Assembly: GCA_965247095.1 (NCBI GenBank)
Contig: OZ251997.1
Location: 1,856,001-1,920,000 of the forward strand
Direction: 5' to 3'
DNA length: 64,000 nucleotides
From: Candidatus Multivorans sp.
GTDB lineage: Bacteria; Acidobacteriota; Thermoanaerobaculia; Multivoradales; Multivoraceae
Below are positions 30,130-40,023 of this stretch, in pieces (the stretch's first letter is position 1; each line of letters opens with the position of its first letter). The notes beneath the pieces were generated by a model that saw only the letters and a program-made list of their open reading frames with translations, made no database searches and was not told the DNA's origin. A program made the translations under genes and the position numbers.

Positions 30130-30804
30130 CTACCGCGCGGCCGGCGCCCGGATCTCGAACTCGACGGACCCGGTCTCGGCGTCGGCCTCGATGATGAGAA
30201 AGCGGCCCTGGAACCAGGGGCCGGGGTTGACGACGCGGGTCGGTCCGATGGTGTCGTCGCCGATCGCTTCGTGGATGTGGCCGGAGAAGACGAGGTCCGG
30301 CTGGTGCCGCTCGACGGCGGCGCGAAGGGACTGCGAGCCGACGTGGCGGCCGCGGGCGAGGTCGCAGGCGGTGCCGTGGGGCGGCTGGTGGGAGACCAGG
30401 ATCGTGGGCTGCCCTTTGACCGCGGCGGCGTTCTCGAAGGCCTCGGCGGCGACGCGTTCGTAGTCCTGCTCGGTGCGCTCGTAGGGGAGGTCGCCGAAGG
30501 GGAGACCGCCTGACAGGCCAATGAACCGGACGCCGTCGACCACCCGGGCGCGGCGGTCGAGGTCGATGTCGATGTCCCGGAAGTAGCCCTCGACCGCAGG
30601 CTGGTCGCAGTTGCCGCAGACCGCGAGTACCGGGACGCCGGACGCCTGCAGCGGTTCGACGATCTGCCGGGCGTGGTCAGGGCCCAGGAAGTTGGTCAGA
30701 TCGCCCGCGAGAACGACGAGATCGAAGCCGGACGGATCCGGCAGGCGGGGCGGCCGCTTGCCGGACCAGTGTAAATCGACGACGCCGAGAACTCGAAGAG
30801 TCAA
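30130..30804 (-). CDS. Metallophosphoesterase
   Basis: DLH, AGDLT, GNCD, HQPP, SGHIHE, NPG; start could be 30804 or 30819. Confidence 0.9.
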   Translation of the reverse strand: MTLRVLGVVDLHWSGKRPPRLPDPSGFDLVVLAGDLTNFLGPDHARQIVEPLQASGVPVLAVCGNCDQPAVEGYFRDIDIDLDRRARVVDGVRFIGLSGGLPFGDLPYERTEQDYERVAAEAFENAAAVKGQPTILVSHQPPHGTACDLARGRHVGSQSLRAAVERHQPDLVFSGHIHEAIGDDTIGPTRVVNPGPWFQGRFLIIEADAETGSVEFEIRAPAAR

Positions 30805-30913
30805 GGTCGAACCCCCCACCGCTGCCGGCGTAGATCGACGACGCCGAGAATGCGCAAGGTCATCGGCGAAGCTCTAGCAGCTTGGCCGCCGGGCGGACCC
30901 GGCAGTTGCGCCG

Positions 30914-31315
30914 TCAGTGGACCAGCGTGGGAACGACATGCGCCGATTCCTGCGGTTCGTCCTCCAGGCCGTGGGACATGACGAAGACCCACGCGGCCAT
31001 GCGCTCCCGCTCCGTCTCGCAGATCAACTCGAAGACGTACTCGTTCTCCTGGTCGCCTTGAAACGACTGCACGTAGGCGACCCGCTCGCGGTCGATCAGG
31101 ATCTCACCCACCAGCCGCTTGCCGTAGACGAGCTGCGCGATGAGGAGGTTGTCGTCCTCGGACACGAACTGCCAGTGGAAGACCTCGTCGTCGCAGAGCA
31201 GAGCGTCCGCCGATCCGGCCCGGATGACGCAGTTCGGGTGGAGGACGAGCCAGTTCCAGAACGCGTCCAGATCAAGCGTGGCCCGGGAACGCTCGACCTC
31301 GGTGGGGGCTGTCAT
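30914..31315 (-). CDS. Hypothetical protein
   Basis: Globular-looking 133-aa ORF with typical codon bias. Confidence 0.7.
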   Translation of the reverse strand: MTAPTEVERSRATLDLDAFWNWLVLHPNCVIRAGSADALLCDDEVFHWQFVSEDDNLLIAQLVYGKRLVGEILIDRERVAYVQSFQGDQENEYVFELICETERERMAAWVFVMSHGLEDEPQESAHVVPTLVH

Positions 31316-31427
31316 CGCGCAATCGTATCCAAGGGGCGCCCACGCCAGCAGCTTGCGCCGTAGAACGGATTAGACTAGCGCGAGTTTCCTGCCGCACAAG
31401 CTCCGCGCAAGCTCATAGAGTCCGCCC

Positions 31428-32423
31428 ATGACGAACACACCTCCCTGGACTGGACTCGGCGCCCCGCGCTTCGCGTACGAGCGCGGTCTCCACGACCTCG
31501 GCAACGGCTCGTTCGCCTGGCTGCAGCCAGACGGCGGCTGGGGCTGGAGCAACGCGGGCCTGATTGTAAGCGGCAACGAATCGCTGCTCGTCGACACGCT
31601 GTTCGATCTGCCGAACACACGCGAGATGCTCGACGCGATGAAGAAGGCGCACGCGGCGGCGGCCGACATCGACCGGCTCGTGAACACGCACTCCAACGGC
31701 GATCACACCCACGGCAACGAACTCGTCGCCGGCGCCGAGATCGTCGCGTCGAAGACCGCGGCCGCCGAAATGGAGGTGACGACGCCGGAGGCGCTCGCGG
31801 CACTGATGCGCGGCGCGCGCGCCGACGGCGGCCTGGTCGGCGACTTCCTGGTCGAGTGTTTCGGCAGCTTCGAGTTCGAGGGGATCACCCACACGCCGCC
31901 GAACCGCACGTTCGAGGGCGCGTTGAGCCTCCAGGTCGGCGAAACGCCGGTGGAACTGGTCGAGGTCGGCCCCGCCCACACGGGCGGCGACATCCTGATC
32001 CACGTTCCGGGGGACCGGACCGCCTTCACCGGCGACATCCTGTTCATCGAGGGCGCGCCGATCATCTGGGCCGGACCGGTTCAGAACTGGATCGACGCCT
32101 GCGACCTGCTGCTGAGTTGGGATCTCGAGACGATCGTGCCGGGGCACGGTCCGATCACGGACCGGCGCGGCGTCGAGGCGATGCGCGCCTACCTCCTCTA
32201 CATCCGCGACGAGGCGAGGAAGCGCTACGACGCCGGGCTCAGCGCGCAGGAGGCGGCGTTCGACATCGCCCTCGGCGACTTCGAGTCCTGGGGCGACAGC
32301 GAGCGGATCGCGATCAACGTGGACTCGCTGTACCGCGAGTTCAGCGGCAGCGGCACCGGCCCGACCGCGATGAAGGAATTGTTCACCCGCATGGCGGAAC
32401 TCGCGCAGGCGCGCAGGCGCTAG
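31428..32423 (+). CDS. MBL-fold metallo-hydrolase (cyclase-like)
   Basis: THSNGDHTHGN, PAHTGGD, FTGD, VPGHG. Confidence 0.9.
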   Translation: MTNTPPWTGLGAPRFAYERGLHDLGNGSFAWLQPDGGWGWSNAGLIVSGNESLLVDTLFDLPNTREMLDAMKKAHAAAADIDRLVNTHSNGDHTHGNELVAGAEIVASKTAAAEMEVTTPEALAALMRGARADGGLVGDFLVECFGSFEFEGITHTPPNRTFEGALSLQVGETPVELVEVGPAHTGGDILIHVPGDRTAFTGDILFIEGAPIIWAGPVQNWIDACDLLLSWDLETIVPGHGPITDRRGVEAMRAYLLYIRDEARKRYDAGLSAQEAAFDIALGDFESWGDSERIAINVDSLYREFSGSGTGPTAMKELFTRMAELAQARRR

Positions 32424-32443
32424 CGCGGCAGAACGACCGGAGG

Positions 32444-32488
32444 CCGGCGCTTCGCGCCGGATGCGGGCAGGCTGCCCGCGTTCCCAGG
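32444..32488 (-). repeat. REP-like palindrome, family A copy 3
   Basis: Reverse complement reads CCTGGGAACGCGGGCAGCCTGCCCGCATCCGGCGCG. Confidence 0.85.
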
Positions 32489-32489
32489 T

Positions 32490-32680
32490 CAGATCGACAT
32501 CCTGGTCGCCAACGCCGGGGGCCCGCCGCCGGGCACGCCGGCAACCACGTCGATCGACGGCTACCGCGAGGCGATCGACCTCAACCTGCTGTCGACCATC
32601 GTCATGTGCCAGACGGCGCTGCCGGGAATGCGCGATCGCGGCTGGGGACGGATCGTGGCGATCACCTCGATCGGCGCCTG
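32490..32680 (+). pseudogene. Internal fragment of an SDR oxidoreductase
   Basis: QIDILVANAGGPPPG..LPGMRDRGWGRIVAITS; no start or end. Confidence 0.8.
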
Positions 32681-32778
32681 CACCGCCACTTCACCTCTGG
32701 CGCCACTTGAAACTTCCAGCCTCGTTCGGTTAACCTTGTAACCGCAGATCAGCACACAACAGCTTTGGAGGATCGACA

Positions 32779-35466
32779 ATGAGTCGACATGCAAACCACG
32801 CTCTCCCTTGGTTTCTGGCTGTGCTCCTCTGCTGCGCTCTGCCGATGCTGGCCGACGGCCCCCAGACCGGCACCATCGACGGTCGGGTCACTGACGCCGA
32901 AGGACTAGGGGTTCCCGGCGTTTCCGTCACCCTCACCGGGCCTCAGCGGACCAGGAACACGATCACCGATGCGGACGGCGGCTACCGGTTTGCCCTCCTC
33001 CAGGCCGGCGACTTCACGATCACGGCCGAACTGGAAGGGCTGGGCAGGGCCGACTTCGCCACGAGCCTGAACCCCGGCCAGCGCCGGGGTATCAACCTCA
33101 CCCTGATCCCGGCCGAGGCGGAAGAGATCACGGTCACCGCCGACGCGGTCCTGATCAGCAAGTACGACACCGGTGTCGTCAGCAGCGCTCGCGCCGAGGT
33201 GGTGGAGAACGTCGCCTACGGCACCCGCAACTACTCCTCGACGCTGCGTCAACTGCCGGGCGTGGTCAGTATCAATGAGGGCGACCACCTGCCGGCGGTG
33301 AACGGCGGACTCTCGACCGAGACCCAGGTCCTGATCGACGGCGTGGACACCAGCAACACGCGCCGCGGCGGCGAGGCGCGGCTCATCATGCCGGCCACGG
33401 CCCTCGCCGAGTCCAGGCTCGAAACCCAGGGCTTCGGCGCCGAGTACGGCCGGGTCATGGGCGGCGTCATCAACTCGACGGTCAAGACCGGCACCAACGA
33501 ACTTCACGGCAACTTCCTGTACATCGGCCAGAACCCGAAGTGGAGGACCTTGAACCAACTGGAACTCGAGCGGCCGGACGACCACACGCCGAGCTTCGAG
33601 GCGTCGCTCGGCGGTCCGATCCGGCGCGAGAAGGCCTGGTTCTTTGCCGCCTGGGCCGACATGACGAACAACCTGCTCGACCAGTTGAAGGACGGCACGG
33701 TCGTCGACAGCAGCCGCACCTCCGAGCCCCGCATCGCCAAGCTGAACTTCCAGCCCAACGACCGCCATCAGCTCGCGGGCACCTGGATCGATTCGCGCGG
33801 CAACGGGATTGCCAACCCGGGCAACTCGGGCGACTTCCTCTCACTCATGGACCGGCCGCTCTACGCCCAACTCGCGACGTTCACCTGGAGCGTCGCCGCG
33901 AGCAGTTCCGTGTTCCTGGAGATGAAGGCCTCCAAGCGCAAGGACCTGTTCCCCCGCAACCTCCTCTTCCCCAAGGAGAGCCTCGATCCCAACGCCTCGC
34001 CCGACGACCCGCCGGGGAACAACTATCGCTACCGTGACCTGCTGACCAACCTGCGCCACAACGGGCCGGCCTCCGGTTCCGGCATCGGCTACAACGACTT
34101 CCCGCGGGACACGGCGAGCGCTTCGGCGAGCATCTTCCGCCGCAACCACGAGGTCAAGTTCGGTATCGACATCCAGGACATCGCGTTCACGAACCTGGGC
34201 AACGTCGGCAAGGAGTTCCGCGGGCGCGGCTACGACCCGAGCCTCCCAGGCGGCTACGAGCGGCCGCAACGGGTGCGCATCTTCGACGACTCCGTCCCCT
34301 CCCACAGCGAGGGGATCGAAGCCGCGCTCTACGCTCAGGACCGCCTCGACATCGGCAACCAATGGAGCCTCCACCTCGGCCTGCGCCTCGACGATCAGAC
34401 GATCAAAAACGATGTCGGGCGCACAGTCGACGACACGCAGGAGTGGGCGCCGCGCGTGACCGCGGTCTACGACGTCAACGCCGACGGCACGCTCCTGTTG
34501 CGGGCGAGCGCCGGTCGCTACTACCAGAACATTCCTCTCGACTTCGCCTACCGCGAGTACAGCGAACTGCCGGCCGGCCAGCAGTCCTACACCGAGTACA
34601 ACTGGAACTCGAGCACACTGCGCTACGACCGGTTCCGGAGGCAGGTCAGGCCGGCGGGCGGCGGCGAGATCCAGCGCGTCGACCACTTCTACAAGGACCA
34701 GGTCGCCCTTGGCCTCGACTGGCAATTCCGTCAGAACTGGGTCTTCCGCTCGAACGCCGTGTGGCACGAGACGGACAACGTCTACTTCGGCAACGAACAG
34801 TTCACCGCCGACGGCACGGGCGTTGAACGGGTGGTTCGCAACTGGCCGGGCGCGTTCCGTGAGTACCAGGGCCTCACCTTCGAGCTGAACCGCAGGTTCC
34901 GCAACAACTGGTCGCTCAACACGAACCTGACCATCGGCGACGCCAAGGGCAACACGGAGAGCGTGAACACGAACTCGAACCTGTTCGAGGGGTTGGGCGG
35001 CATCGAGCTCGGCACCGGCGCTACCGACGCGACGAGCCGCTACCAGGCAGGGCGCATGGGCCACGACATCGACCGGCTGAACATCGTCGCGGTCCGGATC
35101 TTCGAGCTGGGGAATCACCGCCTGAGCCTGGGCGGCTTCTTCTCCGGCAGCAGCGGCCGTTACTTCGGACCGACCCTGGCCACCACGGTCGCCCATCCAA
35201 CCACCGGCGTCGAGATCGACACGGTGACCCGCCTGGCGCCGCGAGACGGCATGCAGCTCGACGACATCTATACGCTCAACGGCTCCGTGGTCTGGTTCTT
35301 CCCGATCCGCGGTTCCATCAAAGGCCAACTCGGCTTCGAGGCCGCCAACCTGACCGACGAGCAGGGCGTACTCTTCGTCAACCCGCGCACGCTGGAACCG
35401 ATCTCGACGGTGACCGCCTGGCAACTGCCACGCGAGTTCCGCCTGAAGGCGGGCTTCCGCTTCTGA
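32779..35466 (+). CDS. TonB-dependent receptor (Oar-like)
   Basis: Signal peptide, TGTIDGRVTD, AEYGR..GG, LGGPI, C-terminal FRF. Confidence 0.92.
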   Translation: MSRHANHALPWFLAVLLCCALPMLADGPQTGTIDGRVTDAEGLGVPGVSVTLTGPQRTRNTITDADGGYRFALLQAGDFTITAELEGLGRADFATSLNPGQRRGINLTLIPAEAEEITVTADAVLISKYDTGVVSSARAEVVENVAYGTRNYSSTLRQLPGVVSINEGDHLPAVNGGLSTETQVLIDGVDTSNTRRGGEARLIMPATALAESRLETQGFGAEYGRVMGGVINSTVKTGTNELHGNFLYIGQNPKWRTLNQLELERPDDHTPSFEASLGGPIRREKAWFFAAWADMTNNLLDQLKDGTVVDSSRTSEPRIAKLNFQPNDRHQLAGTWIDSRGNGIANPGNSGDFLSLMDRPLYAQLATFTWSVAASSSVFLEMKASKRKDLFPRNLLFPKESLDPNASPDDPPGNNYRYRDLLTNLRHNGPASGSGIGYNDFPRDTASASASIFRRNHEVKFGIDIQDIAFTNLGNVGKEFRGRGYDPSLPGGYERPQRVRIFDDSVPSHSEGIEAALYAQDRLDIGNQWSLHLGLRLDDQTIKNDVGRTVDDTQEWAPRVTAVYDVNADGTLLLRASAGRYYQNIPLDFAYREYSELPAGQQSYTEYNWNSSTLRYDRFRRQVRPAGGGEIQRVDHFYKDQVALGLDWQFRQNWVFRSNAVWHETDNVYFGNEQFTADGTGVERVVRNWPGAFREYQGLTFELNRRFRNNWSLNTNLTIGDAKGNTESVNTNSNLFEGLGGIELGTGATDATSRYQAGRMGHDIDRLNIVAVRIFELGNHRLSLGGFFSGSSGRYFGPTLATTVAHPTTGVEIDTVTRLAPRDGMQLDDIYTLNGSVVWFFPIRGSIKGQLGFEAANLTDEQGVLFVNPRTLEPISTVTAWQLPREFRLKAGFRF

Positions 35467-35539
35467 TCGGAAGCCCCCGGTGAAGGCGGGCAGGCCGTTG
35501 CCACGATCGGGGCACGCCGGCAGGGCGAAGGAGAAACGC

Positions 35540-37036
35540 ATGAGAACGTCCGTGACCGCGGTCCTGCTACTCGTCTTCATCTCCTGCACTCCCGCCGCCG
35601 ATCCGCCTTTCCGGCACAACGTCCTGTTCATCGTCGCCGACGACCTGAACGTCGCACTCGGCAGCTACGGCGCCTACCCGACCGCGCGCACGCCGAACCT
35701 GGACCGCCTCGCGGCGGAGGGCATCCGGTTCGAACGGGCCTATGCCCAACACCCGGTCTGCAACCCTTCGCGGGCGTCCTTTCTGAGCGGACTGCGGCCC
35801 GAGACAACGCAGGTGCTCTACAACTTCACGGCGCCGCGCCACGCGATCGGCGATGCCGTCATGTTGCCCGAGTACTTCCGCGAGCAGGGCTATTTCACCG
35901 CCCGGGTCGGCAAGGTGGCGCACGGCCGCTACGAGGACTCGGTCACCTGGGACATCTCCGAGAACGCCCGCCAGCGGGGCAGGGAGAACTATCTTCCCGG
36001 CATCGACCACTCCGAGGTCCGCGACAACTCCTGGACCGAAGGCTCCGAGAACGGCATGTCACGGGCGGACGTCTTCGCACCCCACGGCCGCACCGGCGGT
36101 CTGCCGCTCACCTGGCGAGCGACGGACGAGCGCGAAGAGGACACGCCCGACGGCCGCACGACGCGAAGAGTCATCGAGATCCTCCGCGAGCAGGGGGACC
36201 AGCCGTTCTTCATCGCCGCGGGCTTCCACAAGCCGCACCAGCCCTGGGTGGCGCCCGCCAGCTTCTTCGAGCAACATCGGCTTTCTGAGACCGCGCTGCC
36301 AAGCGAGCCCGACGACGACCGCGACGACATTCCGGCCGCGGCGCTCGTCGGCTACCCGGATGACGCCCGGCACACCGACGACCAGAAGCGGCAGGCGATC
36401 GCGGCCTACCACGCCACGGTCACGCTGATCGACCACCAGGTCGGCCTTCTGCTCGACGCCCTCCGGGAACTCGATCTTTCCGAATCGACGATCGTGGTCT
36501 TCGTCAGCGATCACGGCTTCCACCTGGGTGAGCACGGTGGCCTGTGGCGCAAACAGAGCCAGTTCGAGGAGTCGACGCGGGTTCCGCTGATCGTGCGCGC
36601 GCCCGGCGTCGCGGGCGGCAGATCGACAACGGGACTGGTCGAACTCGTCGACCTCTACCCGACGCTCGCCGACCTCTCCGGTCTACCCGAACCGGCGGGC
36701 CTCGAGGGCACGAGTTTCCGGCCGCTGCTCGATGACCCCGACCGAGACTGGAAGAGTGCGATCTTCTCGCGCTCCGATCGCTTCACGCGGCCCGATCGGC
36801 AACACCTCACCGCCGGGCTCAGCGTTCGAACCGCCCGGTATCGTTACACCGAGTGGACCCCGGTCGAAGGCGGCGGCGACCTGGAGATCGAACTCTACGA
36901 CCTGGAGACGGATTCCAGGGAGTTCAACAACCTGGGCCAGGATCCCGACCACGCCGCCTTGAGGGACCGGCTCGCCCGCGAACTCGAAGCCGGTTGGAGA
37001 GCTGCCCTGCCCTCTGGAATCCAGGCGCCGTCGTGA
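35540..37036 (+). CDS. Cys-type sulfatase (iduronate-2-sulfatase-like)
   Basis: ADD, CNPSRASFLSG, GFHKPH, SDHGFHLGEH. Confidence 0.93.
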   Translation: MRTSVTAVLLLVFISCTPAADPPFRHNVLFIVADDLNVALGSYGAYPTARTPNLDRLAAEGIRFERAYAQHPVCNPSRASFLSGLRPETTQVLYNFTAPRHAIGDAVMLPEYFREQGYFTARVGKVAHGRYEDSVTWDISENARQRGRENYLPGIDHSEVRDNSWTEGSENGMSRADVFAPHGRTGGLPLTWRATDEREEDTPDGRTTRRVIEILREQGDQPFFIAAGFHKPHQPWVAPASFFEQHRLSETALPSEPDDDRDDIPAAALVGYPDDARHTDDQKRQAIAAYHATVTLIDHQVGLLLDALRELDLSESTIVVFVSDHGFHLGEHGGLWRKQSQFEESTRVPLIVRAPGVAGGRSTTGLVELVDLYPTLADLSGLPEPAGLEGTSFRPLLDDPDRDWKSAIFSRSDRFTRPDRQHLTAGLSVRTARYRYTEWTPVEGGGDLEIELYDLETDSREFNNLGQDPDHAALRDRLARELEAGWRAALPSGIQAPS

Positions 37037-37063
37037 TGCCGGGCGGCCCTGGTCTCCGATCGA

Positions 37064-37735
37064 TCAGACAGCCGCGGTCTCGAGCGCCGCATCCATAGCG
37101 GCCAGCCGACTCTGGCTCTTGAGCATCTCCTGTTCGAGTCCGGGCCGCGACGCGTCCGTTGCGGCCGCCAACAAGCACAGGCTCACGAGATACTCGACCC
37201 GAGCAGCCGTCTCCTCGCCGTTGATCACACGCCGAGCCCACAGAGACAGCCACACGCCAGCGTGACTGAGAATGACGAGCGCCAACTGCTCGAGGTCGAC
37301 TGAGGGAACCAGGTCGCCCCCGGCCGCGGCCCGGCGGAGTTCACCTGTCAGGTGTGCCCTCGCGACCCTTTCGATCGGTCCGCTCCCCGGGCGGCGCCAC
37401 GGCCCGGGCAGATTGATCGGCCGCGCCAGACCGGCCGGCGACTCCCGGACACCCATCATCAGGTCGACGATCGCTCGAATGCGATCGAAGGGCTCCGTCT
37501 CCTCGAGTGAGCCGATCCGCCGTTCCAGCTTCCGGGCCCCGGATCTGCGCAAAGCCTCGAGGATCTCTTCCTTCGAACCGTAGTAGTTGTACAGGGTGGT
37601 GACATCGAGTCGGGCCTTGCGCGCCAGCTCTCGCATGGTGCAGGCCTCGATGCCCCCGTCCAAGATCAGCTTGGTCGCCGCCTCCAGAATCCGTCGCTTC
37701 CGACGGCGCATGTTGAGTTCTCTTCGGCCAGGCAA
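37064..37735 (-). CDS. TetR-family regulator
   Basis: RILEAA..TMRELA..TLYNYYGSKE. Confidence 0.9.
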   Translation of the reverse strand: MPGRRELNMRRRKRRILEAATKLILDGGIEACTMRELARKARLDVTTLYNYYGSKEEILEALRRSGARKLERRIGSLEETEPFDRIRAIVDLMMGVRESPAGLARPINLPGPWRRPGSGPIERVARAHLTGELRRAAAGGDLVPSVDLEQLALVILSHAGVWLSLWARRVINGEETAARVEYLVSLCLLAAATDASRPGLEQEMLKSQSRLAAMDAALETAAV

Positions 37736-37787
37736 GGGCTCTCCTTGTTCTCCGGCGGCACCGTCAGAGCGCCACCGTCCAGTACGG

Positions 37788-38735
37788 TCAGTGCATCGTC
37801 AAAGCGCAACGAAAGCCCATGTGCCCCGTCGCGCTGTCGGGCGTGTTATGCGTACGGGCCGAGACCCGATAGCGGTTGCAGTAGGAAGCGTGGCACAAGT
37901 GGGAACCGCCCCGGATGACCCGGGCAACGCCGGCAGACGGTCCTTTCGGATCACGGGCGCCGGCGGGCGGCAAGCGAGGCGCAAACCAGTCTGCACACCA
38001 CTCCCAGACATTGCCGATCATGTTGTAGAGACCGAGGCCGTTCGGCTCGAAGGCGCCCACCGGGCAGGTGCCCCGGTAGCCGTCGACCCCTTCGTCCCGG
38101 CGCGGAAAGTCCCCCTGCCACACGTTGCAACGGTGCTCGCCGCCCGGTTCGAGCTCATCGCCCCAGGGAAAGTCACTCCCCTCCACGCCGCCCCGAGCCG
38201 CGTGCTCCCACTCGGCCTCGGTCGGCAACCGGCAGCCAGCCCAGGAACAGTAGGCCAGCGCATCGTTGTGCGACACATGGACGACAGGATGGTCGAGCCG
38301 CCGCTCGATCGAGGCGCCCGGCCCTTCGGGGCGGCGCCAGTCCGCGCCGTCGATCCGGCACCACCACAGCGCCGACGGCAGCCGCTCGACGATCCCGTTC
38401 CGCCGCAGCCGGCGCGAGAGACGGCCCTCGAAGACGAAGGACCAACCCAGGCGCTCGCTGTCGGTAACGTATCCCGTCGCCTCGACGAAGTCGGCGAAGT
38501 CGCCGTTCGAGACCGCGAAGACATCGATCGCGAACGGGCCGACTTCGACTTCGCGCGACGGTCGCTCGCCGTCGCCGGGCACCGCCTGGTCCGAGTCCGT
38601 GCCCATCCGAAAACCGCCGCCGTCGAGTCGGACCATCTTCCGCTCAGGCCCGGAAGCAGCATCAGCAGCCGTTGGAACGCCGTGCTCCGGAGCTGGCAAG
38701 GTGACACTGCGGGGCGGCGAACAGCAGGAGTCCAT
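37788..38735 (-). CDS. Formylglycine-generating enzyme
   Basis: FRMG, RLPTEAEWE, GNVWEW, RGGSHLCHASYCNRYR, GFR. Confidence 0.93.
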   Translation of the reverse strand: MDSCCSPPRSVTLPAPEHGVPTAADAASGPERKMVRLDGGGFRMGTDSDQAVPGDGERPSREVEVGPFAIDVFAVSNGDFADFVEATGYVTDSERLGWSFVFEGRLSRRLRRNGIVERLPSALWWCRIDGADWRRPEGPGASIERRLDHPVVHVSHNDALAYCSWAGCRLPTEAEWEHAARGGVEGSDFPWGDELEPGGEHRCNVWQGDFPRRDEGVDGYRGTCPVGAFEPNGLGLYNMIGNVWEWCADWFAPRLPPAGARDPKGPSAGVARVIRGGSHLCHASYCNRYRVSARTHNTPDSATGHMGFRCALTMH

Positions 38736-38823
38736 CGGCCGCCGAAGCCTACCGCGGATTCGACAAACTTCCAACTTCGTTTGTGTTGCCGAGAAGACAC
38801 CCGCGGCGGCAATGACGATCGAG

Positions 38824-40023
38824 CTACTGCACGCGCCGGACGTAGCCCCTTCCAGCTCCCCAGAGCGCGACGCAGCCGAGCCACGACATCGCCGCGCCAA
38901 GCGCATAAGCGCCCCGATAGCCGTCTGCCAGATCGTGGGCCCAGCCCAGCAGAAGCGGGCCAAGCGCCACACCCACCGACGCGCACAACGTGCTCACCGA
39001 GTAGATGCGCGCATAGCTCCGGGTGCCGAAGGCCTCGGCAAGCAGCAACGGATGCATCACGAGAAAGCTGCCTATCGTGAGTCCGAACGCCGCGGAAGCG
39101 AAGAGCAGACCCGCTGCGGTCGTGCTCGATCCAAGAACCAACAGGGTGAAGCCCTGAAGGACGAGCAGCACGAGGCTGAAGCCCCGGTACGGAAGACGCG
39201 CGAGCAACGGGCCTGAAGCCAGGCGGCCAACCACGCTTGCCGCGGCCAGGATCGAGACCGCCAGACTGGCAACAGCCGGCTCCTGGAGGCTGACCAGCCT
39301 GAACTGATGGGCGATGCCGCCGACCTGCGCCATCAGCCCGAAGAAGAAGGTGCCGGCGATGCCGGCGAAGTAGCGGGAACGGAACGCCTCACGCGCGTCC
39401 ACTCCCGGATCCTCTCCGCCGTCGAACTCCCCGGCCAGATCCTGCGCGTGCCGCGGCCGTGGCAGCAACCGCCACAGAGCCAGGGGCAGGACGCCCACTA
39501 CATAGGTTGCAGCCAGAATCTCGGTGCCGCGCCGGAGGCCGTGCTCGGCAACGGCCCAGGCCGCGAAGGGCGCCACCAGAATGCCGCCGACCGAGAGACC
39601 CGTGAACACGATCGAGAGCGCGAACGCCCGTCGCCGGGCGAACCAACGGGTGACCAGGGTGCTCGCCGTGAGCAGGTTCGTGGCGGAAAAGCCGATGCCG
39701 AACAGCACGAACGCCGCGTAGACGTGAAGGGTCTCCTCGACGCGGCCGATCGCGACCAGCGATCCGGCACAGACGGCGACGCCCGCGGCGACGGACCAGC
39801 GGGCATCGATCCGCTCGATCAGACTGGCGACCGCCAGACCGGTGAGCCCGCTGGTCGCAAAGAAGAAGGTCGAGGCGAGCGACGCGCCGGCAACCGAGAA
39901 CCCGCGCTCCCGCGTCAGCGCTTCGAGCAGCACCGACTGGTTGTAGAAGCCGAGCCCCGACGAGAACATCATCATCGCGAACAGCGCCCCGACGATCTGC
40001 CAGCGAGTGGAGATCCGGGCCAT
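38824..40023 (-). CDS. MFS transporter
   Basis: Multiple hydrophobic TM segments; RWFARRRAFAL. Confidence 0.88.
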   Translation of the reverse strand: MARISTRWQIVGALFAMMMFSSGLGFYNQSVLLEALTRERGFSVAGASLASTFFFATSGLTGLAVASLIERIDARWSVAAGVAVCAGSLVAIGRVEETLHVYAAFVLFGIGFSATNLLTASTLVTRWFARRRAFALSIVFTGLSVGGILVAPFAAWAVAEHGLRRGTEILAATYVVGVLPLALWRLLPRPRHAQDLAGEFDGGEDPGVDAREAFRSRYFAGIAGTFFFGLMAQVGGIAHQFRLVSLQEPAVASLAVSILAAASVVGRLASGPLLARLPYRGFSLVLLVLQGFTLLVLGSSTTAAGLLFASAAFGLTIGSFLVMHPLLLAEAFGTRSYARIYSVSTLCASVGVALGPLLLGWAHDLADGYRGAYALGAAMSWLGCVALWGAGRGYVRRVQ

